64,000 nucleotides of DNA. It comes from an uncultured Pseudomonadota bacterium (GTDB lineage Bacteria > Vulcanimicrobiota > Vulcanimicrobiia > Eremiobacterales > Eremiobacteraceae). Within the stretch, counting starts at the first letter, position 1, and the number at the start of each line of letters is the position of its first letter. The notes beneath the pieces were generated by a model. It had not been told where the DNA came from, ran no database searches, and saw only the letters and a list, made by a program, of their open reading frames with translations. Location of the stretch: contig CAVTNB010000001.1 of the NCBI GenBank assembly GCA_963736005.1, forward strand, positions 640,001 to 704,000, given 5' to 3'. Position numbers and translations under genes: made by a program. Of the stretch, positions 1-9,319 are shown one piece after another.

Positions 1-141
1 GCCCCCGCCCGCTGCTGCGGCAACCATCGCCACCGGGGCAGCTGCGGAAACACCATATTTATCTTCAAGGGTTTTGACCAGCTCGGCAAGTTCGAGGACG
101 GTCAGCTTGTCGATCTGTTCGATGATTTCGGTGACAGCCAT
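1..141 (-). CDS. rplL: 50S ribosomal protein L7/L12 (5' part, runs off window)
   Basis: Manual translation [46 protein letters not shown]; follows rplJ. Confidence 0.97.
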   Translation of the reverse strand, partial: MAVTEIIEQIDKLTVLELAELVKTLEDKYGVSAAAPVAMVAAAAGGG

Positions 142-166
142 GATGTGTGTTTTTTCCTTTCTCAAA

Positions 167-190
167 CGCGCGAAGACATTCGCGCGACAC
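167..190 (-). repeat. REP-like palindrome, family 2 (degenerate tag)
   Basis: cgcgcgaa-gaca-ttcgcgcg, same stem as the copy at 882. Confidence 0.7.
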
Positions 191-200
191 TAAAAAGTAA

Positions 201-728
201 TTACGCAGCGGCTTCGGTGCGCTTCGTGTGAAGCGCGCCGAGCAACTGAACGAGTTTTCGTCGGTTACCATGCAGCACCAAAACGATGCCGTTCAGCGGC
301 GACTTTAAGCTACCCACCAGTTTGGCCAGCAGCTCGGGCCGGGACGGTACTTTCGAAAGTGCTTCGATCTTCTTGAGGTCGTAGAAGACTCCGTCGATCA
401 AACCCGCCTTGATCTGCAGTTTTTTCGATTCGTTGGCGAATTGTACGAGGGCTTTTGCTGCAGCGACGATGTCGTCACCGATAAAGGCAATGCCCGTTGG
501 ACCAGCGAGCAATGTTTTGAGCTGCGCGAGCCGTTCCTCGCCGAGTGCTTTCCCAAAGAGCGTGTTCTTGATGACCGCATATTGAGCCGCGCTCTTGCGG
601 AGCGACTGCCGCAACGTGCGCAGCTCGCCAACGGTGAGCCCTCGGTAGTCGGTTAAGAAAAAGTTCGGGCTCGCGTCGACGCGAGCGCGCAACTCCTTGA
701 TGGTTTCATTTTTTCGTTCTGTTGGCAT
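201..728 (-). CDS. rplJ: 50S ribosomal protein L10
   Basis: DYRGLTV..LR and KNTLF motifs; synteny. Confidence 0.98.
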   Translation of the reverse strand: MPTERKNETIKELRARVDASPNFFLTDYRGLTVGELRTLRQSLRKSAAQYAVIKNTLFGKALGEERLAQLKTLLAGPTGIAFIGDDIVAAAKALVQFANESKKLQIKAGLIDGVFYDLKKIEALSKVPSRPELLAKLVGSLKSPLNGIVLVLHGNRRKLVQLLGALHTKRTEAAA

Positions 729-875
729 AAAACAAAAACGCTTTCTCCGGTTTCCGATGGAGAAAGCGCTTCCAAGTTTCTCGTCGCGAATGAATTCGCG
801 ACCCTACATTGGTTGCTTCCTCGGCGGGTCCTCTCGGCTTCGCGCGACGTTTCGGTCGCGGCCCGCTGTCATCGG
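729..875 (-). promoter_or_regulatory. L10 leader with terminator/attenuator hairpin
   Basis: CCGATGACAGCGGG...CCCGCCGAGG (875-819) resembles the L10 leader core; 10-bp stem 739-768 followed by a U-rich tract 729-738 directly before the rplJ ATG. Confidence 0.8.
783..808 (-). repeat. GTAG-tagged REP, family 2
   Basis: Minus strand TGTAGG-GTCGCGAA-TTCA-TTCGCGAC. Confidence 0.8.
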
Positions 876-881
876 GTTGAA

Positions 882-907
882 CGCGCGAATAAATTCGCGC
901 GACTACA
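882..907 (-). repeat. GTAG-tagged REP, family 2
   Basis: Minus strand TGTAGT-CGCGCGAA-TTTA-TTCGCGCG. Confidence 0.8.
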
Positions 908-918
908 TTTTGATTTCT

Positions 919-1617
919 CTAGGCGGCGGCTTTCAACCTCGTCGGATCCACCCGCACTCCGGGGCCCATCGTTGTGGTGACGGTGATACTTTTGAGGTAG
1001 GTCCCCTTGGCGGACGCCGGCTTTGCCCGAACGATCGCGTCCATCAGCGTGGTGAAATTCTCAAGCAACGCCTCTTTGGTGAACGATGCTTTGCCGATGA
1101 TGCAGTGGATAACCGCAGCTTTGTCGGGCCGATACTCAATCTTGCCCGCTTTGATTTCAGCGACTGCTTGACGGATGTTTTGCGTGACCGTTCCCACCTT
1201 TGGGTTGGGCATGCGCTGCGCGAGGATCTTTCCAAGGTTTGAACCGACGGCGCCCATCATGTCCGGCGTCGCGACCGCGATATCGAAATCGTTCCAACCA
1301 CCCTTAATGCGATCGATGAGATCTTGATCGCCGACCACATCCGCCCCCGCCTCTGTTGCTTCCTTCGCCTTCTCACCCTTCGCAAAAACGATCACTCGCT
1401 TGCTCTTGCCCGTGCCGTGCGGAAGCACGACCGTGCCGCGCACGTTCTGTTCGCTCTTCTTCATGTCGATGCCGAGACGAATGTGTACTTCGACGGTCTC
1501 GTCAAACTTGGCTTTGGCCGTCGCTTTGATGAAGTCGATTGCCTTGGCCGCGTCCTTGAGCCGCTCTTCGCCCAGCGTCTTGACGCTCTCGTTATACTTC
1601 TTACCGTGCTTTCTCAT
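919..1617 (-). CDS. rplA: 50S ribosomal protein L1
   Basis: [19 protein letters not shown] and MPNPKVGTV motifs. Confidence 0.98.
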   Translation of the reverse strand: MRKHGKKYNESVKTLGEERLKDAAKAIDFIKATAKAKFDETVEVHIRLGIDMKKSEQNVRGTVVLPHGTGKSKRVIVFAKGEKAKEATEAGADVVGDQDLIDRIKGGWNDFDIAVATPDMMGAVGSNLGKILAQRMPNPKVGTVTQNIRQAVAEIKAGKIEYRPDKAAVIHCIIGKASFTKEALLENFTTLMDAIVRAKPASAKGTYLKSITVTTTMGPGVRVDPTRLKAAA

Positions 1618-1619
1618 TG

Positions 1620-2041
1620 CTACCCAACCTCGATTCCCATCGAGCGCGCGGTGCCCGCGATAACCTTCATCGCTGCGTCAATATCATTGGCGTTGAGATC
1701 GGCCATCTTTGCCTGCGCGATCTCCCGGCATTTCTCGAGTGAGATCTTGCCGACTTTCTTGCGGTTTGGCTCGCCCGAGCCTTTTTCGACACCCGCCGCC
1801 TTCTTGAGGAGCTCTGACGCCGGCGGCGTCTTGAGCACGAATGTGAAGGAGCGATCCTCAAAGACCGTAATGACGGCCGGGATGATCTGCCCTGCCTGAC
1901 TCGCGGTTCGCTCGTTGTAGGCTTTGCAGAACTCCATGATGTTGATCCCATGCTGGCCAAGCGCTGGACCAACGGGCGGCGCGGGCGTCGCTTTGCCAGC
2001 TTGGCACTGAAGGTTATTTTCGCTAAGACTTTTTTTGCCAC
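1620..2041 (-). CDS. rplK: 50S ribosomal protein L11 (one apparent 1-bp deletion near 2012)
   Basis: [12 protein letters not shown] joins [30 protein letters not shown] if one base is restored. Confidence 0.95.
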
Positions 2042-2042
2042 G

Positions 2043-2663
2043 TTATACCTTTTCGACTTGATAGAATTCGAGTTCGACCGGCGTTTCCCGGCCAAAAATT
2101 GAGATCAGCGCGCGCAAGCGTTCCTTTTGCGGGTCGATCTCGTCCACCGTGCCGGTGAAATCGAAGAACGGCCCCGAGGTGACTTTGACGCGGTCGCCTT
2201 TCTTGAAGTCGATCTTGAGCTTCGGCGTCTCGATGCCCATCTGTTTAAGAATCGTCTTCACTTCTTTGTCGGCCAGCGGCAGCGGTTTTTCTCCGGAGCC
2301 CAGGCGAGCCCACGAAACCGGTGACGCCTTGCGTGTTGCGCACGACATACCAAGACTGGTCGGTCATCTTCATCTCGACGAGCACATAGCCCGGGTAGAC
2401 CTTCTTTTCGACCTCGTTACGCTTGCCTTCCTTAAACTCAACCTCTTTGTCCGTTGGCACGAGAACGCGATACACGAAGTCCTGCATGGTCATCGACTTG
2501 ATGCGCCGCTCGAGATTGGCCTTGACCTTGTTCTCGTAGCCCGAATAGGTATGAATGACGATACCACTTACGGTCCGGGATCGCTCGACGATGCGCCATT
2601 TCCTCGGCTGAGGGCGGCCGCAAGTCGCTGCTCGGGCTCCGCTGCTTCTACTTCTTCAGACAC
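2043..2663 (-). CDS. nusG: Transcription termination/antitermination factor NusG (several apparent frameshifts)
   Basis: Segments KWY.IHTYSGYENKVK, KKVYPGYVLVEM, VRNTQGVTGFVG and GDRVKVTSGPF..FGRETPVEL lie in different frames. Confidence 0.93.
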
Positions 2664-2667
2664 GGAT

Positions 2668-2964
2668 TTATTTCTGCGATTCCTGACGAACTTCGAGGAT
2701 GACGCTGATAAGCTGCGTCCACAGCGCAACGACAACCACCAGGCCAACGACAACGGCAGTGTCGCCGAGACCCACTCCTCGCGGCTTGGCCAGGTGACGC
2801 GCTTCATCTCCGAAACGATAGCGCGGAAGCCGTGAGGAATGCGCGCGCCAGCGCCGCTCGCGCTCTTCAGCGCGCGCCTCTTCTCTTTGTCCTTCTCTTT
2901 TGGTTCGGGCTTGCACTCGATCCGTTTGCCGACGCTGTCTGCCCGGCGCCGTGATGCGCTTCAC
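2668..2964 (-). CDS. secE: Preprotein translocase SecE (frameshifted, start uncertain)
   Basis: EMKRVTWPSREE motif followed by a TM segment in another frame; lies between tRNA-Trp and nusG. Confidence 0.88.
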   Translation of the reverse strand: MKRITAPGRQRRQTDRVQARTKREGQREEARAEERERRWRAHSSRLPRYRFGDEARHLAKPRGVGLGDTAVVVGLVVVVALWTQLISVILEVRQESQK

Positions 2965-3008
2965 TGGTCTTCCTTTTGTCGCGAATAAATTCGACGACAC
3001 AACATTTC

Positions 3009-3084
3009 TGGCAGGGCGGACAGGACTCGAACCTGCAACCAACGGTTTTGGAGACCGCTACTCTACCAATTGAGCTACCGCCCT
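3009..3084 (-). tRNA. tRNA-Trp(CCA)
   Basis: AGGGCGGTAGCTCAATTGGTAGAG..CT-CCA-AA..GGTTCGAGTCC..CCA. Confidence 0.97.
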
Positions 3085-3253
3085 ATCGTGTCTCGTTCTT
3101 GTGTGCCGTGTGGCAACTTGCACCAGCGACAATATTTCTTGCAGCTCAAGCCGCGCTGATCGTGTGCTGCCGATTCTTCATCGTCGTGTAGTTGCGTCGC
3201 TTGCAGTCGCCGCACGCAAGCGTCACGATCACTCGATTGTCCTTTTTTGCCAT
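3083..3253 (-). CDS. rpmG: 50S ribosomal protein L33, Zn-binding type (frameshifted)
   Basis: [28 protein letters not shown] then [10 protein letters not shown] in shifted frames; missing from the ORF track. Confidence 0.9.
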
Positions 3254-3258
3254 CTCTG

Positions 3259-4459
<1,201 letters not shown>

Positions 4460-4537
4460 TTCTTCCTTCGGAGATCGTTGCCCGGAGGGACAAGCTAACG
4501 CACACCCCGGGTTTCCGGAGTGTGAAAGTTAAAAGTT

Positions 4538-4611
4538 CGCGCCCGAGAGGACTTGAACCTCCAACCTACGGCTTAGGAGTCCATCGCTCTATCCAGTTGA
4601 GCTACGGGCGC
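4538..4611 (-). tRNA. tRNA-Arg(CCT)
   Basis: GCGCCCGTAGCTCAACTGGATAGAGC..CT-CCT-AA..GGTTCAAGTCC..GGGCGCG; one anticodon-stem mismatch. Confidence 0.9.
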
Positions 4612-4643
4612 ACCTTTCGAAAATCATTCGACGAAAGATTCCA

Positions 4644-4715
4644 AGCCCCCGGCGGGGATTGAACCCGCGGCCTCGTCCTTACCAAGGACGCGCTCTACCA
4701 CTGAGCTACAAGGGC
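4644..4715 (-). tRNA. tRNA-Thr(GGT)
   Basis: GCCCTTGTAGCTCAGTGGTAGAGC..TT-GGT-AA..GGTTCAATCCC. Confidence 0.96.
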
Positions 4716-4731
4716 ACACCTCAGCCTCCAC

Positions 4732-4760
4732 ATATTATCGGAAGCGGCTCGCGCTTTCAA
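4732..4760 (-). promoter_or_regulatory. Sigma70-type promoter for the tRNA-tuf operon
   Basis: TTGAAA-N17-TAATAT. Confidence 0.6.
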
Positions 4761-4815
4761 GTGCAAACACGTCCACTAGCGAACTCCGCGTTTCTCAGTG
4801 CGACACAAGTCTCCC

Positions 4816-5241
4816 TTAGCGCAACCCAACCTGCAGCGCGAGAAACCGCGGTTGCATCTGCCGGTAGAGCTCGGCGTATGCAGGGTCTTCCGACGCGTGT
4901 TGCTTGACGATTTCGAGCGCATTTATTCCCATCGTTGTGTAGCGTGAGGATTGCACGCGATCTCCCAATTTGAAGCCAACGTACGCCATGATGTACTCGC
5001 CTTCGATGGTCGAAGAAACCGCGACCTCGGTATCTCCGCAGGCATGGCCCATGGTCATGAGTTCGTGACCCACGAGATGAGCCTTGTAGAGATCCCCGCT
5101 CTTGAGCAACGCGTACCCTTGATTTGCGGCAGCGTTGAGGTGCGCGCCGTCGCAACTTGCGCTTGCGCTTTTTGAATCCGCGTTGTGCGAGCAAGCAACG
5201 CAACACAGCGCGAGAGCAACTACGGCAAGGAACAGTCTCAT
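4816..5241 (-). CDS. Hypothetical lipoprotein
   Basis: Hydrophobic signal with lipobox-like VAC; ATGA overlap with the upstream small ORF. Confidence 0.75.
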   Translation of the reverse strand: MRLFLAVVALALCCVACSHNADSKSASASCDGAHLNAAANQGYALLKSGDLYKAHLVGHELMTMGHACGDTEVAVSSTIEGEYIMAYVGFKLGDRVQSSRYTTMGINALEIVKQHASEDPAYAELYRQMQPRFLALQVGLR

Positions 5242-5360
5242 TTATTGCGTCGCATCCATTTTGGGAGCAAGCGGTCGGGAAGAAAGGGAATCCAAAAGGG
5301 GATGCTGAGGACGACCAAGATCGCAGCGAGCTCAGCGCCGAGACGCGCGTTCTCGGACAT
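5238..5360 (-). CDS. 40-aa single-TM small protein
   Basis: MSENARLGAELAAILVVLSIPFWIPFLPDRLLPKWMRRNK; starts 2 nt after the RND stop and overlaps the next ATG. Confidence 0.6.
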   Translation of the reverse strand: MSENARLGAELAAILVVLSIPFWIPFLPDRLLPKWMRRNK

Positions 5361-5362
5361 GC

Positions 5363-8300
5363 CTAGACTCCGGTCCCCACGACTGACTGAAGTTCCTTCG
5401 CTGTCGAGGGCGCGCGGCGGCGCGATACGAAGCGGCCGCCGGAGCGGCGCGCAATCCACAGATACAAAGTCGGAACGACGAGCAATGACAGGAAGGTCGA
5501 CGCTATCAATCCGCCGATGACGACCGTGGCCAACGGCGCTTGAGTCGAGCTTCCTGCTTCGATGCCGATCGCCAAGGGTAGCATGCCGCCGATCGTCGCG
5601 AACGTGGTCATGAGGATGGGACGCAAGCGGATAGGACCGGCGCGAAGGAGCGCGTCACGTGCTTCGACTCCCTCTTCGCGAAGTTGTTTGGTGAACTCGA
5701 CCACAAGAATAGAATTCTTGACCGCAATACCCACGAGCATAAGCGAACCGATAAACGCGGTGAGGCCAAAGGCGCGCTGCGTAATGATCAGCGATCCAAC
5801 AATACCGACTAGCGACAATGGGACTGCGGTCATGATGACCAGCGGATCGACGTATGACTCAAACTGCGCTGCAAGCAGCATATAAATGAGGACGACCGCG
5901 AGGGCGACGGCAAGCCAGAGAGCATTGAAGCTTGTTTCTCCACGCTGAATTTCTGGTCCGTACTCCCAACGATAGCCTGCCGGCAAAGGATAGTTCCGCA
6001 TGATCGCGCCCGCATCTGCCACGACAGGACCTTGTGGGCGTCCGCTGATTGGAGCTCCGATCTCCACGCGGCGCTGACGATCCTCGCGGCTGATGGCAGA
6101 GGGGCCGAGGCCGGTGGTGAGGTTCGCTACATTGGCGAGCGTCCCCAAGATAGGCCCCCCGGCCGCACCGCCCTGGGCAACGCCGGAAGGCGTGAACTCG
6201 ACGCCTTGTATTGACGAAAACGAGCGTCGCTGATTTGGGGGAAGTTCCACGATAATTGGATATTGGACGCCGTTAATCTGGTAGTAGGAGGCGATCGTGC
6301 CATTGGTCGCCGTGCTGATCAGGTTCGCGAGATCGCCTGTGCCCATACCAGACATCATGAGTCGGGTGCGGTTGATCGTGACGTCGATTTCAGGCTGAGA
6401 ATTGGTGACGTTCTTATCCGGATCACCAACGCCTGGAATCTTGGAAATCGCGGCCATGACGCCGTCGGCAATTGTCTGCAAGCGGTTCACGTCCGGACCG
6501 AAAATTTCAAGTTCGAGCGCGGTTTGGTGCTGCGAGATCTGTTGCTGCACGATATCAACGGTCTGCCCGCGGGCAATGGTGCCAATCATGGCACTTTGCA
6601 GCGCCGCGTTCTGGGCACCAGCCGTCGGACCTTTGGCATTGAGCCGAGCTCGCCACTCCTGGACGAAGCTGGCCGCGGCGGCGCCGCTCGTGCCAGGCTT
6701 CAACGCAATCTGAATGCTAGCGCGGTTGGTGAGCGACCGCGCGTTATTGCCGTTGCCTGTCTGACCGACGATTGCGCCGACCTCCTCAACGCGCGGATCC
6801 GCACGGAATGCGTTCTCAACCATTTGGGAGATGTGGTTCGTTACATCCAACGCGGTGCCGTTCGGCGCCTGAAGATCGAATTGAACGAAGCGCGAGTCAG
6901 ATGGCGGGAAAATTTCGGTGGGAACGACTCCCAGTGCCACGACGAGCACCGTAATCCCAAGCAATGCCGCAGATGAGCCAAAAACGATGCGAGGCCGATC
7001 CAAACAATACGCAAGCGCTCTGCGGTAGGCGTTCTCAAAGCGCGAGTAACCGGCTTCGAACGACTCGGCAAACGATCTCCTGGGGCTGGCTTGCGGCAGA
7101 CCCTCGCCTTTACGCCGAAGCAGTTCGGCGGAGAGCATGGGTACCGTGAGGACAGCAACGAGCAGAGAAAGAGCGACCGCGCTCATGATGACAAGGGCGA
7201 ACGGAGCAAAAATAAGTTTCTGCTGCCCGGGCACCATGAGCAGCGGGAAAAACACGGTGACCACGGTGACCGTCGATGCAACGACGGCTCCCAATATCTG
7301 GGTCGTTGCCCCTTCAGCTGCATCGGTCGGCGTCATCCCTGTTTTCAAGAAACGCGAGATGTTCTCGATCACGACGACCGCGTCATCAACGATCAAGCCC
7401 ACGGCCAAAGCCAATCCTCCTAGCGTCATCACGTTGATGGATTGATGGGCCGCATACATTACATACAGCGTTCCAAGAATTGACACCGGCAGCGAGATGG
7501 CAACGATAACCGTCGCGCGCCACGTGTGGAGAAACAGTAAAATGATCAAGACCGCGAGCACGGCGCCATACAACGCCGTGTGCTCGAGCGCGGCAAGAGC
7601 CATCAAAATGAATTCGCGCTGATCGAGCAAGGTCGCGAATTGAATCGTGGGATAGCGTTGACGGATGTCGTTGATTTTTGCCAGCAGTCCGACTGCCACC
7701 GAGACGATGTTGGCATCGGGTTGGGCGGTAATCGTCATCTGGACCGACGGCTTGCCGTTCACGCGTGAGAAAATGCGTTGTTCTTGAATGGAGTCGCTGA
7801 CTTTGGCAATGTCTTTGAGTTCGACGGGGGCGCCGCCCGCGATGGCGACGATTGTGTTGCCAATTTGATCAGGCGCTGTGTAGAGAGCGTTTGTCCGGAT
7901 GCCGTATTCGCTGGCGCCAATCTTCACCACGCCGGCGGGCAGATCGACGTTCTCATTCTTGATGCGCGAAACGAGTTGATCTAGCGTCAGACCCAACGCG
8001 GCAAGCCGATGCTCGTCGGGTTCAATCATGATCGCTCGCTGCGTCACCCCCGATACGCCCACACTTCCAACGCCATGAACTGAAGCAAGTTCATCAGACA
8101 GTGCGTTGACGATGAGATCCGAGAGATCGCGGGGTGCGCGGGTGGGGTCGGTTATCTGCAGTTGGAGCACGGGGGTCGCGTTCGGATCGGCCTTGATGAT
8201 TTGCGGCTCTTGGAGGAGCGGATCGTTCGGCAAGGATGCGCGGATGCGCGCGACTTGCTGCTGGACGTCAACCGCCGCAACGTTGATGTCGGTTCCGTAA

Positions 8301-8587
8301 TCGAACTGCACGCGCACCGTCGACTGCCCCTGAAATGAGTTGGATTCGAGGATATCGATGCCCGAGACTCGACTAACCGCATTCTCGATCGGTCTTGTTA
8401 TGGTGCTTTCGATTGTCTCAGGTAGTGCATTACCGTACGATGTGCTAACGGTGAGGACGGGCGGCGCAAACGAAGGAAGCAGGGCAACCGCTAGCCGAGG
8501 CGCGGCAAAAAAACCAAGCACGACGATCGCGGCGGTGAGCATCGCGACAGCCACCCGACGGGTGACAGCGAAACGCGCTATGGACAT
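5363..8587 (-). CDS. RND efflux permease (AcrB/AcrD/AcrF family)
   Basis: 1074 aa; GLIVDDAVVVIEN, VKNSILVVEF and RLRPILMTT motifs. Confidence 0.96.
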   Translation of the reverse strand: MSIARFAVTRRVAVAMLTAAIVVLGFFAAPRLAVALLPSFAPPVLTVSTSYGNALPETIESTITRPIENAVSRVSGIDILESNSFQGQSTVRVQFDYGTDINVAAVDVQQQVARIRASLPNDPLLQEPQIIKADPNATPVLQLQITDPTRAPRDLSDLIVNALSDELASVHGVGSVGVSGVTQRAIMIEPDEHRLAALGLTLDQLVSRIKNENVDLPAGVVKIGASEYGIRTNALYTAPDQIGNTIVAIAGGAPVELKDIAKVSDSIQEQRIFSRVNGKPSVQMTITAQPDANIVSVAVGLLAKINDIRQRYPTIQFATLLDQREFILMALAALEHTALYGAVLAVLIILLFLHTWRATVIVAISLPVSILGTLYVMYAAHQSINVMTLGGLALAVGLIVDDAVVVIENISRFLKTGMTPTDAAEGATTQILGAVVASTVTVVTVFFPLLMVPGQQKLIFAPFALVIMSAVALSLLVAVLTVPMLSAELLRRKGEGLPQASPRRSFAESFEAGYSRFENAYRRALAYCLDRPRIVFGSSAALLGITVLVVALGVVPTEIFPPSDSRFVQFDLQAPNGTALDVTNHISQMVENAFRADPRVEEVGAIVGQTGNGNNARSLTNRASIQIALKPGTSGAAAASFVQEWRARLNAKGPTAGAQNAALQSAMIGTIARGQTVDIVQQQISQHQTALELEIFGPDVNRLQTIADGVMAAISKIPGVGDPDKNVTNSQPEIDVTINRTRLMMSGMGTGDLANLISTATNGTIASYYQINGVQYPIIVELPPNQRRSFSSIQGVEFTPSGVAQGGAAGGPILGTLANVANLTTGLGPSAISREDRQRRVEIGAPISGRPQGPVVADAGAIMRNYPLPAGYRWEYGPEIQRGETSFNALWLAVALAVVLIYMLLAAQFESYVDPLVIMTAVPLSLVGIVGSLIITQRAFGLTAFIGSLMLVGIAVKNSILVVEFTKQLREEGVEARDALLRAGPIRLRPILMTTFATIGGMLPLAIGIEAGSSTQAPLATVVIGGLIASTFLSLLVVPTLYLWIARRSGGRFVSRRRAPSTAKELQSVVGTGV

Positions 8588-8650
8588 GTCTTTGACGCTT
8601 GCCCTCCTGCTTTTGCAAATTCAAATGTAATGGGAGTCGCTCCTATGACC

Positions 8651-8680
8651 AAAAGAGAAAGCCCACATGTGTGGGCTTTC
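8651..8680 (-). terminator. Intrinsic terminator
   Basis: GAAAGCCCAC-ACAT-GTGGGCTTTC-TCTTTT. Confidence 0.75.
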
Positions 8681-8706
8681 AGTGAAGTGAGCTTACGGTG
8701 CGAAAG

Positions 8707-9177
8707 TTACTTCATCGATCCGCTCATCATCTTCTTCAAGGCCGCCATGCCCCCGCAGTATTGCATATGCACGGCGTGCGGTACGTAGTAAGCGTGAAGG
8801 TCGTAATGCGGAAAAGGCATTCCGGGATGGCCGTGCGGAAGAAAATCGATATCGACGTGGTCGATGGCGTAACCAGGCAGCGGCTTGAGGACGTTATCCC
8901 AGTCCTTACCTGCCGCAAAGTCCTTCGGTAAGAGCATGATTTCGGTAAAAACCGGCTTGCCTTGATACGCTCCGTAAATGGTGGATCCCGCAAGTGGCGC
9001 CTTCGGATTTGCATAGTGCCATCCCATCGTGGGGATACACGGAGAGACTTGCACATAATTGGCGGGGATAGGTTTGGGCGCTGGCTGGGCGGTCGTCATC
9101 GTTGGACTGGCACTCGCTGCGCGCACAAGAGCAACCATTATTACGGCAATGACGAAAAGCGAAAAACGCAAACGCAT
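8707..9177 (-). CDS. Secreted His-motif protein (DUF5602-like)
   Basis: Signal peptide; CIPTMGWHY and HGHPGMPFPHYDLHAY motifs; GGAGG SD. Confidence 0.75.
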   Translation of the reverse strand: MRLRFSLFVIAVIMVALVRAASASPTMTTAQPAPKPIPANYVQVSPCIPTMGWHYANPKAPLAGSTIYGAYQGKPVFTEIMLLPKDFAAGKDWDNVLKPLPGYAIDHVDIDFLPHGHPGMPFPHYDLHAYYVPHAVHMQYCGGMAALKKMMSGSMK

Positions 9178-9319
9178 AACAACCTCCATTGAAGGCGGAA
9201 ACGAGAAGTCTTGCGCGACTAATTCTAGGGCGCGCTGCAAGAACCTGGCGCGAAGGCAAGCGGGCGCACTTTGCATAATCATCTGAGCGTTCCCTCAGTC
9301 TAGCTTCGAGGTTTCGCTC

